Assembly: GCA_018623495.1 (NCBI GenBank)
Contig: JAAZVP010000004.1
Span: 2,016-66,015, forward strand
DNA: 64,000 nucleotides
Source: Halothiobacillus sp.
Lineage (GTDB): Bacteria; Pseudomonadota; Gammaproteobacteria; JAAZVP01
Direction of reading: 5' to 3'
Shown one piece after another: positions 1-9,086 of this stretch (its first letter is position 1; the number at the start of each line of letters is the position of its first letter). The translations under genes and the position numbers were made by a program. The notes under the pieces are model-generated. The model saw nothing but the letters and a program-made list of their open reading frames with translations, did no database searches and was not told where the DNA came from.

Positions 1-115
1 CCTGGCCGAGGTGATGGTGGCCAAGCAGAAGGCCAGCCTGTCCTTCACCGCGATGAGCCAGGTGCGCAACAAGGTCGTCGAGGCCTACAAGGAAATCATG
101 AACATGCCGGTGTAA
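1..115 (+). CDS. fliE: Flagellar hook-basal body protein FliE, 3' fragment
   Basis: Frame from nt 2 reads [37 protein letters not shown], the typical FliE C-terminus. Lies directly upstream of fliF. Confidence 0.93.
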   Translation, partial: LAEVMVAKQKASLSFTAMSQVRNKVVEAYKEIMNMPV

Positions 116-142
116 CGGCGGACTCGCAGAGGGTGAGCGAAA

Positions 143-1897
143 ATGGCGGAAGCACAACGGCAGTTGCAGACGGTGGGCGCGGGCGCCGGTGAGGGCGGTG
201 CCGCGGCCGGCGGCGCGGACACGGGCTTTTTCAATCGCCTCGAGGCCTTCAGCCGCAGCCAGGCGTTCCGCCAGCTGTCCGCCCTGGTGGGCCTGGCGGC
301 CGTGGCGGCGGTGATCGGCGCGATGATCCTGTGGTCGCAGAAGCCCTCGATGGCCCCCCTGTATGCCGATCTCGCCGACCAGGAGGCCGCCGAGGTGACC
401 AAGGCGCTGCGCCAGACCGGCATCCCCTTCGAGATCGATTCCGCCACGGGCCAGGTGATGGTCCCGCGTGACCGGGTGCACGAGGCCCGCATGCAGCTCG
501 CCGGCCAGGGCCTGCCCAATTCCAGCGGCGGCCCGCTGGGCCTGGAGTTCCTCCAGCAGGAGCAGGCGCTGGGCACCAGCCAGTTCATGGAGACCAAGCG
601 CTACCAGCATGCCCTGGAGGTGGAGCTGGCCCGCTCGGTGACCAAGCTCTCGCCCGTGGAGAAGAGCCGCGTGCACCTCGCCCTGCCCGAGGAGTCGGTG
701 TTCGTCCGCGATCGCACGCCGCCGTCGGCCTCGGTGCTGGTGCACCTCTTCCCCGGCCGGACCCTGAGCGACGGCCAGGTGGCCGCCATCGTCCACCTGG
801 TGTCCTCCAGCATCCCCCACATGACCGCCGAGGGCGTCACCGTGGTCGACCAGCAGGGGCGAATGCTCAGCAACACCGGTGCCGACGGCCTGGGCCTCAG
901 CGACCGCCAGTACGACTATCAGCGCAAGGTCGAGGACGACTATGCCAGCAGGATCGAGCGCCTGTTGACACCGGTGGTCGGCCAGGGCCGCGTGCAGGCC
1001 TCGGTTTCGGCCAAGCTGGACTTCTCCCGGCGCGAACAGACCCGCGAGAGCTATGGCCCCGAGGAGGGCGTGGTCCGCAGCGAGCAGGTTTCCGAGCGCC
1101 AGCGTCGGTTCACCGACGTGGCCGGCGGCGTACCGGGCGCACTCTCCAACCAGCCGCCCGGGGCCGGCACTACCCAGCCCCAGGACGGCGAGGGCCTCTC
1201 CGTCGAGGACATGGAGAAGCTCGCCGAGTTGCCGCCGGCCAATTCCCAGACCGACACGACGCGCAACTACGAGGTGGACCGCACGCTCAGCCATGTCCAG
1301 TCGGCGCGCGGCGAGGTCGAGAAACTGACGGTCGCGGTTGTGGTCGACAACAAGATGGTGCCCAATGACGAGGGTGTGCTCGAGCCGCAGCCGCTGACGG
1401 AGACGGAGATCGAGGAGCTCCGCCAGCTGGTCCGCGAGGCCGTCGGTTTCGACGCCGAGCGAGGGGATCGGATCACCATCACCAACACCCCCTTCGTCCG
1501 CGAGGAGATCGAGGCGCCGCCGGCCGAGCCCATCTGGAAGCAGGACTGGATCTGGAACGTGGCCAAGCAGGTGCTGGTGGGCCTGGTGGTGATCTATCTC
1601 TTCTTCGCCTACGTTCGCCCGCTGCTCAAGCGCGCCGGCGGCGCGGGCGGCGGCGGCCGGGCCGAGGAGCAGCCCGCCCTGGAGGGGGCCGGCGGCGCGG
1701 GCCCCGGTGGCGAGGGCCTGGCCGAGGACCGCCTGAGCCTGGGCGGCCAGACCCAGCAGCCGCCCTCCGAGGACGAGCAGATCCTGCGGCTCTCCGAGCA
1801 GCCCAACTACGAGCGCAAGCTCACCGAGCTGCGCAAGATGGTCGACCAGGATCCCAAGCGCCTGACCAGCGTGATCAAGAAGTGGGCGGAGGAGTGA
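143..1897 (+). CDS. fliF: Flagellar MS-ring protein FliF
   Basis: Two TM segments; motifs ALEVELARS, RVHLALP..SVF, GGVPGALSNQPP, TRNYEVDRT, AVGFD..RGD. Confidence 0.97.
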   Translation: MAEAQRQLQTVGAGAGEGGAAAGGADTGFFNRLEAFSRSQAFRQLSALVGLAAVAAVIGAMILWSQKPSMAPLYADLADQEAAEVTKALRQTGIPFEIDSATGQVMVPRDRVHEARMQLAGQGLPNSSGGPLGLEFLQQEQALGTSQFMETKRYQHALEVELARSVTKLSPVEKSRVHLALPEESVFVRDRTPPSASVLVHLFPGRTLSDGQVAAIVHLVSSSIPHMTAEGVTVVDQQGRMLSNTGADGLGLSDRQYDYQRKVEDDYASRIERLLTPVVGQGRVQASVSAKLDFSRREQTRESYGPEEGVVRSEQVSERQRRFTDVAGGVPGALSNQPPGAGTTQPQDGEGLSVEDMEKLAELPPANSQTDTTRNYEVDRTLSHVQSARGEVEKLTVAVVVDNKMVPNDEGVLEPQPLTETEIEELRQLVREAVGFDAERGDRITITNTPFVREEIEAPPAEPIWKQDWIWNVAKQVLVGLVVIYLFFAYVRPLLKRAGGAGGGGRAEEQPALEGAGGAGPGGEGLAEDRLSLGGQTQQPPSEDEQILRLSEQPNYERKLTELRKMVDQDPKRLTSVIKKWAEE

Positions 1898-1898
1898 C

Positions 1899-2924
1899 AT
1901 GGCCGAAGCCGAGAGCGGAAACCTCCCCGAACTGAGCGGTCCCCAGCGTGCGGCAGTGCTGCTGATGGTGCTGGGCGAGGGCAGCGCGACCAAGATCTTC
2001 CAGCAGCTCGACCCGCGCGAGGTGCAGCTGGTGGGCCAGGCGATGTCCTCCATGCCGCGGCTGACCCAGAAGGAGATCGAGACCATCGTGGAGAGCTTCA
2101 TCCACGAGCTCGAGGACGAGAGCGGTCTCTCGCTGGGTGCCTCCGACTACATGCGCAACGTGCTCTCCTCGGCGCTGGGCGCGGACAAGGCCGAGGGCAT
2201 CCTCGAACGCATCACGGCCGGCGAAGAGGGCGCGGACACCCGCAATCTCGCGGCCCTGAAGTGGATGGATGCCCGCGCCGTGGCCGAGATCGTGCGCCAC
2301 GAGCACCCCCAGATCATCGCCACCGTCCTCTCTCACCTCGACGGCGACCAGTCCGCCGAGGTCCTCGGCCTGCTGCCCGAGAACATGCGTTCCGACATCG
2401 TCATGCGCGTGGCCACCCTCGAGCGCATCCCGCCCAGCGCGCTTTCCGAGCTCAACGAGGTGATGGAGCAGCGGGTCGCCGGCGACACCACCTTCCAGTC
2501 CTCCAAGGTCGGCGGCGTGCAGGTGGCGGCCAACATCCTCGGCAATCTCGAGGGCTCCACCGAGGAGACCATCATGGAGGACATCCGCGAGAGCGACGAG
2601 GAGCTCGGCGACCGCATCGAGGACCTGATGTTCGTCTTCGAGGACCTGCTGGAGGTGGAGGATCGCTCCATGCAGACACTGATGCGCGAAGTGAACACCG
2701 AGACCCTGACCAAGGCGCTCAAGGGCGCGGATACCGAGCTCAAGGAAAAGTTCTTCTCCAACATGTCCTCGCGCGCCGCCGAGATGCTGCGCGACGACCT
2801 GGAGGCCATGGGCCCGGTGAAGCTCTCCGACGTGGAAGGCGCGCAGAAGGAGATCCTGGCGACCGCCAAGCGCCTGGAGGAGTCCGGCGAGATCACCCTG
2901 GGTGGTGGAGAGGACTATGTCTGA
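1899..2924 (+). CDS. fliG: Flagellar motor switch protein FliG
   Basis: EHPQIIA, MFVFEDL, NMSSRAAEML..D, GPVKLSDVE.AQKEI motifs; follows fliF. Confidence 0.97.
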   Translation: MAEAESGNLPELSGPQRAAVLLMVLGEGSATKIFQQLDPREVQLVGQAMSSMPRLTQKEIETIVESFIHELEDESGLSLGASDYMRNVLSSALGADKAEGILERITAGEEGADTRNLAALKWMDARAVAEIVRHEHPQIIATVLSHLDGDQSAEVLGLLPENMRSDIVMRVATLERIPPSALSELNEVMEQRVAGDTTFQSSKVGGVQVAANILGNLEGSTEETIMEDIRESDEELGDRIEDLMFVFEDLLEVEDRSMQTLMREVNTETLTKALKGADTELKEKFFSNMSSRAAEMLRDDLEAMGPVKLSDVEGAQKEILATAKRLEESGEITLGGGEDYV

Positions 2925-3579
2925 TCCTGGCAAGATCATCGAGCGGGACCGCGTCGTCGAGCCGGCGCGGTGGCAACAGTCGCTGGAGGCGGCCGCGCCC
3001 GCCGAGGGCGCCGAGGCCGCGGAGGCGGAGCCCGAGCCGGCGCTCCCCCCGGAGGAGTACGAGGCCCTGCGCGAGCAGGCGCGGGAAGAGGGCCACCGGG
3101 CGGGCTACCAGGCCGGCTTCGAGGAAGGCGAGGCGGCCGGTCGCGAGGCCGTCGAGCAGCGCGCCGAGCGGCTCGAGCAGCTGCTCGGGCACCTGGCCCG
3201 ACCGCTGGCGGCCGTGGACCGCGAGGTGGAGGACCAGCTCGAGCAGCTGGCCGTGGTGCTCGCCAAGCAGATCGTGCGCCGCGAGTTGCACATCCAGCCC
3301 GACCAGATCGTGGCCACCGTGCGCGAGGCCGTGGGCATGCTCCCCGCCGCCGAGCGACGGATCGAGGTACACGTCCATCCCGAGGACGCCGAGCTGCTGC
3401 GCACGCAGGCGACCGGCGGCGGGGACGGCGCCTGGGAGATCGTCGAGGATCCGTCGTTGACCCGCGGCGGCTGCCGCGTGGAGTCCGGGCCGGCGAGCGT
3501 GGACGCGACCCTCGAGCGCCAGCTGGGCCAGCTCGCCGCCCGCCTGCTGGGTGACGAGCGCGAGGAGGAAGAGGCATGA
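2917..3579 (+). CDS. fliH: Flagellar assembly protein FliH
   Basis: GxxxG repeats ([14 protein letters not shown]), [24 protein letters not shown] at 2917 overlaps the fliG stop. Confidence 0.93.
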   Translation: MSDPGKIIERDRVVEPARWQQSLEAAAPAEGAEAAEAEPEPALPPEEYEALREQAREEGHRAGYQAGFEEGEAAGREAVEQRAERLEQLLGHLARPLAAVDREVEDQLEQLAVVLAKQIVRRELHIQPDQIVATVREAVGMLPAAERRIEVHVHPEDAELLRTQATGGGDGAWEIVEDPSLTRGGCRVESGPASVDATLERQLGQLAARLLGDEREEEEA

Positions 3580-4931
3580 GCGTCGCCGACCCCGAGAGCG
3601 CCGGCCGTCGCTGGGCCGAGGCCCTGGCCGGTGCCCGCGAGAAACTGGACAGCGGACCGCTGATGCAGGCCGAGGGCGCGCTCACCCGCATGGTGGGCCT
3701 GACCCTGGAGGCCGAGGGTTGCCGGGCCGGCATCGGCGACGTCTGCGAGGTCCACCCCCCGGGCGGCGAGGTGATCGAGACCGAGGTGGTGGGCTTTACC
3801 GGCGAGCGGATCTATCTCATGCCCACCGGCGACCCCCGTGGGCTGGTGCCCGGGGCCCGGGTGGTCCCCACCGGCCAGAAGTCGCGCGTACCGGTGGGCG
3901 AGGCCCTGCTGGGCCGGGTGCTGGACGGCGCCGGTCGGCCCCTGGACGGCCGGGGCCCGCTGCGGGCCGCGGGCAAGACCACCATGGCGGGGCGCCCGAT
4001 CAACCCGCTGGAACGTCGCCCGGTGCGCGAGCCCCTCGACGTGGGCGTGCGTTCCATCAACGGCCTGTTGACGGTGGGCCGCGGCCAGCGCATGGGTCTG
4101 TTCGCCGGCTCCGGGGTGGGCAAGAGTGTCCTGCTGGGGATGATGACCCGCTACACCGAGGCCGACGTGATCGTGGTGGGGCTGATCGGCGAGCGGGGCC
4201 GCGAGGTGCGCGAATTCGTCGCCGACATCCTCGGCGAGGAGGGCCTGGAGCGGGCGGTGGTGGTCGCCGCGCCGGCGGACAACTCGCCGTTGATGCGCAT
4301 CCACGGGGCGATGCTCGCCACCCGCCTGGCCGAGTACTACCGCGACCAGGGGCTCAACGTGCTGCTGCTGATGGACTCGCTGACGCGCTTTTCCCAGGCC
4401 CAGCGCGAGATCGCCCTGGCCATCGGCGAGCCGCCCGCCACCAAGGGCTATCCGCCGTCGGTGTTCGCCCGCCTGCCCCAGCTGGTGGAGCGGGCCGGCA
4501 ACGCCGAGGCCGAGGGTGGCACCATGACGGCTTTCTACACCGTGTTGGTGGAGGGCGACGACCAGAACGACCCGGTGGCCGATTCCGCCCGCGCGATCCT
4601 CGACGGCCACATCGTCCTCTCGCGGCGGATCGCCGAGCGCGGCCGCTACCCGGCGATCGACGTGGAGGCCTCCATCAGCCGGGTGATGACGGGGATCGTG
4701 CCGCGCGAGCAGCGCGACCTGGCGATGCAGTTCAAGGAGCTGTTGTCGACCTACAATCAGAACAGGGACCTGATCAGCGTGGGGGCCTACGAACAGGGCT
4801 CCGATCCGGCGGTGGACGAGGCCATCGCCATGCACGACGAACTGGAACGCTATCTCGCCCAGGACATCGAGGAATCCGTGAGCCTGGACGAGTCGGTGGA
4901 CGAACTGGCCGCGATCCTGCAGAGGGCATAA
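3576..4931 (+). CDS. fliI: Flagellum-specific export ATPase FliI
   Basis: Walker [46 protein letters not shown]. Confidence 0.97.
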   Translation: MSVADPESAGRRWAEALAGAREKLDSGPLMQAEGALTRMVGLTLEAEGCRAGIGDVCEVHPPGGEVIETEVVGFTGERIYLMPTGDPRGLVPGARVVPTGQKSRVPVGEALLGRVLDGAGRPLDGRGPLRAAGKTTMAGRPINPLERRPVREPLDVGVRSINGLLTVGRGQRMGLFAGSGVGKSVLLGMMTRYTEADVIVVGLIGERGREVREFVADILGEEGLERAVVVAAPADNSPLMRIHGAMLATRLAEYYRDQGLNVLLLMDSLTRFSQAQREIALAIGEPPATKGYPPSVFARLPQLVERAGNAEAEGGTMTAFYTVLVEGDDQNDPVADSARAILDGHIVLSRRIAERGRYPAIDVEASISRVMTGIVPREQRDLAMQFKELLSTYNQNRDLISVGAYEQGSDPAVDEAIAMHDELERYLAQDIEESVSLDESVDELAAILQRA

Positions 4932-4934
4932 GCC

Positions 4935-5369
4935 ATGAGCCGAGCAAGTCGAATGCAACCGGTCCAGCGCCACGCGCGCCAGCGGGAGGACCGCGCCGCG
5001 CGCGAGATGCGCGAGTCGCAGACACGCCTGGAGCAGCAGGAGCAGCAGCTCGAGCTGCTCCGGCAATACCGCGAGGAGTACCTGCGCAACTGGCAGGTGA
5101 CCAGTGGCGCGGGCGTCTCCATGGTGCAGATGCGCAACTACCGGAGCTTCCTGGAACGCATCGGGAGCGCCCTCGAGCAGCAGCAGGCGGCGGTCCAGGG
5201 TGCCCGGGAGGACCTCGAGCGGGCCCGCAACGGCTGGCTCTCCCGGCGTCGGCGCCGGGAGGCGGTGAGCAAGGTGCAGCAGCGACTGGGCGAAGAGGAA
5301 CGCCGCGACTGGCAACGCCGCGAGCAGAAGGAAACCGACGACTGGGTGGCGGCCAACAGTGGCCGCTGA
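4935..5369 (+). CDS. fliJ: Flagellar export protein FliJ
   Basis: 144-aa coiled-coil protein after fliI; QL..L..YR.EY, NY..FL and EQK..DD motifs. Confidence 0.92.
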   Translation: MSRASRMQPVQRHARQREDRAAREMRESQTRLEQQEQQLELLRQYREEYLRNWQVTSGAGVSMVQMRNYRSFLERIGSALEQQQAAVQGAREDLERARNGWLSRRRRREAVSKVQQRLGEEERRDWQRREQKETDDWVAANSGR

Positions 5370-5387
5370 ACCCCGGAGGCATGAAAA

Positions 5388-7352
5388 ATGGCAGAGATCG
5401 GCATGAAATCCCTGATGGTCGAGGGCGCCGGCCGCGGCGAGGGTCGTGGCGGGGCCGCCGACAAGGGCGGTGACGCGAAGGGGGACGCCTTCGGACGCGT
5501 CTTCGCCCGGACCTCCGGCAAGGGCACGGCGGGTGACCGGTCGGACACCGGTGCCGGCGAACCCGGACGCCAGTCGGGACCGCCGGCCGACCCGGCTCGC
5601 GCGCCCGGCGCCGGTGGGGCGTCCGGGAACGGCAAGGGGACCGCGGAGTCGGCGGCGGGCGAACCCGGCGAGGAGAATGCCGGGACCGCCGATGCCGGCT
5701 CGCGCAAGGGGGATCCCCGGGGCGAGCCGGGAGACGGCCGAGCGACCGGCCTGCCGGCTGTTCTTGCCGAGGCCGAGACCCGGGTGGCGCGTGGCGAGTC
5801 CGCGGCCGGGGGCGCCGGCGAGGGCAAGGCGCGGGGTGCCGACGCGGTCGAGGCCGGCCCGGTGGCCCGGCGGGGCCAGCCGGCCGAAGGTCGGGCCGAC
5901 GCGGCACCGGCGCGCGCGACGCAGGCCGAGGTGGCCGCGCGCACGAACCCGGAGGGAGCAGCGTCGTCGCTCCGTGCCGGGGAATCCGCCCGCCCGGCCG
6001 ACCGTGACGGCGTGGTCGAGGCGGCGCTGCGTGCGGCCGCCAACGGCAAGGCCCGGGCAACGGCGGATTCCGCCGCCCAGGCCGGGCGTCAATCCGCCGA
6101 CGCCGGCCCGGCCCCGGGCAAACCGGGGGCCGAGGGCGTCGGTGCAGGCCTCGACCGGAAAGGCCTGAACAAGGAGGCTGCCCGGCAGGCCGCCGCCCAG
6201 CGGGCGACGGCCGAGGGCGAGGCCCGCTTGCGGGGACCGGATGCCCCGGCGCTGCAGGCGACCGCGGGCGGTGATCGAGCGGGGCGTTCACCGGTGGCCG
6301 ATGCGGTCGGTGCCGTGCTCGAGGCGCGCCAGTCCCCGCGGGGCCCGGGCACCGAAGTGGCGGGCGCGGCCCGCGCTGCCAACGGAGCCCGTGGCGAGGG
6401 CGGCCGCGAGTCGCCTGGGCTCTTCGAGCACTTTAACGGCGCCCTGCGCAGCGGCGAGTCCCCGCGTTCGCCGGTGGCCGATGCGGTCGGTGCCGTGCTC
6501 GAGGCGCGCCAGTCCCCGCGGGGCCCGGGCACCGAAGTGGCGGGCGCGGCCCGCGCTGCCAACGGAGCCCGTGGCGAGGGCGGCCGCGAGTCGCCGGGGC
6601 TCTCCGAGCGCTTCTATGCCGCCCTGCGCAGCGGGGAATCCCCGGCGGCCGGCGGCCCGCAGGGCGAGAAGGGCCCCGACCTGGCCCAGCTCTTCGGCCA
6701 GCGTTCCCCGGCCGCGCCGTCGGCCGAGGCGGCGCGGGCCGCCCTGGCGGCCGAGGCCGGTCGGACACCGCCACCGGCCGATGCCGGGGCCCGGACCGCG
6801 GCCTGGGCGGAGGCCGCGGACGCCGCCGCGGAGACGCGCTCGGCCGAGGGTGGCGGCTTCTGGCGCGATGCGGGTGGCGCCGGCGGGGCGCGACCGACGG
6901 TGCAGGCGACGGTCAACGTGCCCGTGGGCCAGCAGGGCTTCGACCAGGCCGTGGGCCAGAAGGTGGCCTGGGCCATCAACCAGAACGCCGGCAGTGCCCA
7001 GCTGCAGCTCAACCCGCGTCACCTGGGGCCGCTGGACGTGCAGATCGACACCCAGGGCGAGCAGGCCACCATCCACTTCGCCGCCCAGAATGCCGGTACC
7101 CGCGAGGCCATCGAGGCGAGCCTGCCGCGCCTGCGGGAGATCCTCGCCGACCAGGGCTTCTCCGAGGTGGACGTGCAGGTGGGCCAGCAGGGTGCCGGCC
7201 AGGGCGAGACCGAGGAAGGGGCTGACGAGCAGGCCGGCGGGGGTGCCGGCGTCCCGGCCGGCGGTGCCGAGGGCGAGACCGCCGGTGACCGGGCCGTCGG
7301 CGAGGGGCACTCGGGCGTGATGACCTCGACCGGGGTCGACTACTTCGCCTGA
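5388..7352 (+). CDS. fliK: Flagellar hook-length control protein FliK (long, low complexity)
   Basis: C-terminal T3S4 domain (AQLQLNPRHLGPLDVQI...REAIEASLPRLREIL..QG, ending VDYFA); Ala/Gly/Pro-rich N-terminal ruler region. Confidence 0.92.
   Translation: MAEIGMKSLMVEGAGRGEGRGGAADKGGDAKGDAFGRVFARTSGKGTAGDRSDTGAGEPGRQSGPPADPARAPGAGGASGNGKGTAESAAGEPGEENAGTADAGSRKGDPRGEPGDGRATGLPAVLAEAETRVARGESAAGGAGEGKARGADAVEAGPVARRGQPAEGRADAAPARATQAEVAARTNPEGAASSLRAGESARPADRDGVVEAALRAAANGKARATADSAAQAGRQSADAGPAPGKPGAEGVGAGLDRKGLNKEAARQAAAQRATAEGEARLRGPDAPALQATAGGDRAGRSPVADAVGAVLEARQSPRGPGTEVAGAARAANGARGEGGRESPGLFEHFNGALRSGESPRSPVADAVGAVLEARQSPRGPGTEVAGAARAANGARGEGGRESPGLSERFYAALRSGESPAAGGPQGEKGPDLAQLFGQRSPAAPSAEAARAALAAEAGRTPPPADAGARTAAWAEAADAAAETRSAEGGGFWRDAGGAGGARPTVQATVNVPVGQQGFDQAVGQKVAWAINQNAGSAQLQLNPRHLGPLDVQIDTQGEQATIHFAAQNAGTREAIEASLPRLREILADQGFSEVDVQVGQQGAGQGETEEGADEQAGGGAGVPAGGAEGETAGDRAVGEGHSGVMTSTGVDYFA
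6285..6644 (+). repeat. Tandem 180-bp (60-aa) in-frame duplication inside fliK
   Basis: Copies at 6285-6464 and 6465-6644. Lines 6301 and 6481 are identical; the peptide RSPVADAVGAVLEARQSPRGPGTEV...ALRSGESP occurs twice. Confidence 0.97.
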
Positions 7353-7915
7353 GGCGATGGCCGAGGGTCGTCCCCGGGCACGTCGGTGGCCGGGGCGAAG
7401 CCCGGGTCGGTGGCCGCGCGCCAGCTGAAGACGAGCAGTGCCACCAGCCCCCAGGTCAGCCCCAGGACCACCCCGGCATCGACGATGCCCCGCCAGGGCT
7501 GGGGCAGCAACCGCACCAGCAGCACCAGCGTGATCACCCCGCCGGTGATGCTGGTGGCCACGATCCGTCGCCTGGACGTGGCGTGGATGAAGCCCATGCA
7601 GAACAGCGGGGCGAGCAGCAGGTGATCGGCCCGGGGGTGGCGCGCGAGGTAGCGGGCACGGGCGGCCACCCGCGGCGAAAAGGCCTTCTGGAAGCCGCGG
7701 TAGCCCTCGGCATGGGCCATGAACAGGATCCAGACCGCGGCGAAGACCCCGTGGTACCACTGCCAGGGGCTGGCCAGGGCCTCCAGCGACAGCGGCGCCA
7801 GGCGAAAGACGGCGTAGCCCAGCAGTGCGGCCACGCCGGCCACGCCCCAGGCCGCTCCCAGTTTCCCGCTCATCCTTCTGCCTTCCCCGGTCATCGTTTT
7901 TCCTCCTCCGGTCAT
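7340..7915 (-). CDS. Hypothetical integral membrane protein (start uncertain, possibly 7873 or 7894)
   Basis: About four hydrophobic segments; EGYRGFQKAFSPR and LAPLFCMG motifs; overlaps the RDD gene stop (ATGA). Confidence 0.75.
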   Translation of the reverse strand: MTGGGKTMTGEGRRMSGKLGAAWGVAGVAALLGYAVFRLAPLSLEALASPWQWYHGVFAAVWILFMAHAEGYRGFQKAFSPRVAARARYLARHPRADHLLLAPLFCMGFIHATSRRRIVATSITGGVITLVLLVRLLPQPWRGIVDAGVVLGLTWGLVALLVFSWRAATDPGFAPATDVPGDDPRPSPQAK

Positions 7916-8334
7916 CGCGTTCGCACCAGCAGCGTCCTGCTCAGGCGGTCGTGCCAGGCCAGCCGGTCGCGGTCCGCCAGCACCCAGAGAAAACCCAGCC
8001 CCAGCACCAGCCAGGACAGCGCTGCGGTCACCGCCCGCAGCAGGGCCCGGCCCGCGCCCGGACGCCTCCCACGGGCGTCGCGCACGGCGATGCCCCAGGC
8101 CCGCATGCCCAGGGTCTGCCCCTTGCCGGCCCAGAAACCCGCGAAGAAGAGCAGTGCCCAGGCCGCGAGGTAGGCCTGGTAGAGCGGCTGCCAGGGGGAT
8201 TCGGGCCCGATGGCCTGGCCGCCGGTGAGCGGCAGCAGCACCGCGGTGGCCACCACCAGGATCGCCGCCAGCAGCAGCGTGTCGTAGACGACCGCCCCCA
8301 GGCGTCGCAACAGCCCCACGTCGCTGGCCGGCAT
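7912..8334 (-). CDS. RDD family membrane protein
   Basis: RRLGAVVYD, GQTLGMRAWGI.V, WHDRLSRT are RDD signature motifs. Confidence 0.92.
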   Translation of the reverse strand: MPASDVGLLRRLGAVVYDTLLLAAILVVATAVLLPLTGGQAIGPESPWQPLYQAYLAAWALLFFAGFWAGKGQTLGMRAWGIAVRDARGRRPGAGRALLRAVTAALSWLVLGLGFLWVLADRDRLAWHDRLSRTLLVRTR

Positions 8335-9086
8335 CAGCTGTCCCCGTCCTCCTGCTCCACGGGGAAGGCCTCGATCAGCAGCCCGAAGCGGGGGTGGTCG
8401 AGGTAGTGGAGCTTTTCGCTGCGCATGCGACGACTCTGGCGCAGGGCGTGATCGCGGACGAAGGGCAGTTGCAGGGTGTAGCCGGACTCGGTGATCTCGC
8501 GGCGAGCGATGTCGCGAAAGACCAGGTCGGTGTCGACGTGCAGATAGCGGCTCAGTCGCACGGACAGGGTGCCGTCGAGTTCCTCCACCGGGCCCGCGGG
8601 CAGGTCCAGGGCGCCCCGGGCCGCCCAGGGGTGCTCGGACTCGGCCGCCGCCGCCTCCACCCGCGCGCGCAGGTCCTCGCCGCCGTGCAGGCGGATGCGC
8701 GGGGCAGCGGCCTCCGGCACCAGCCGTTGTCGCCAGGCGGCATGCAGGAGGACGCGGTAGTCGCGGCCGCGCTGGAGGCGGGCGGCGACGCGGTCGAGGC
8801 GGTAGTCGTCGCCGCCCAGGGGAATCACCGGGCGCTCGGCGGAGACCGCGGCCTCCTCCAGCGCGTGCACCACCACGCCCGATTCGTCCTCGCCGGCGGC
8901 GGCCGGCCGGCGCAATTCGATGGCCCCGGCCAGCTCGGGGCGGCGCTTCGCCGGGGGTTCGGGGTCGTGGCCGTCGAGGTGTTCGAAGACGATCACCTCG
9001 AGGTCGTAGACCCGCGCCTCCTGGGCGGCCGCCGGCAGGCCGAGGGCGGCGAGGAGGAGGCCGACGAGGACGACCCGGCGCGTCAC
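8334..9086 (-). CDS. csiV: CsiV-family periplasmic peptidoglycan-binding protein
   Basis: GTG start overlaps the mfd stop (GTGA); signal peptide; Y.LEVIVF, YRVLLHAAWRQ, LSRYLHVD.DL, QSRRMRSEKLHYLDHPRFGLL. Confidence 0.85.
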   Translation of the reverse strand: MTRRVVLVGLLLAALGLPAAAQEARVYDLEVIVFEHLDGHDPEPPAKRRPELAGAIELRRPAAAGEDESGVVVHALEEAAVSAERPVIPLGGDDYRLDRVAARLQRGRDYRVLLHAAWRQRLVPEAAAPRIRLHGGEDLRARVEAAAAESEHPWAARGALDLPAGPVEELDGTLSVRLSRYLHVDTDLVFRDIARREITESGYTLQLPFVRDHALRQSRRMRSEKLHYLDHPRFGLLIEAFPVEQEDGDS

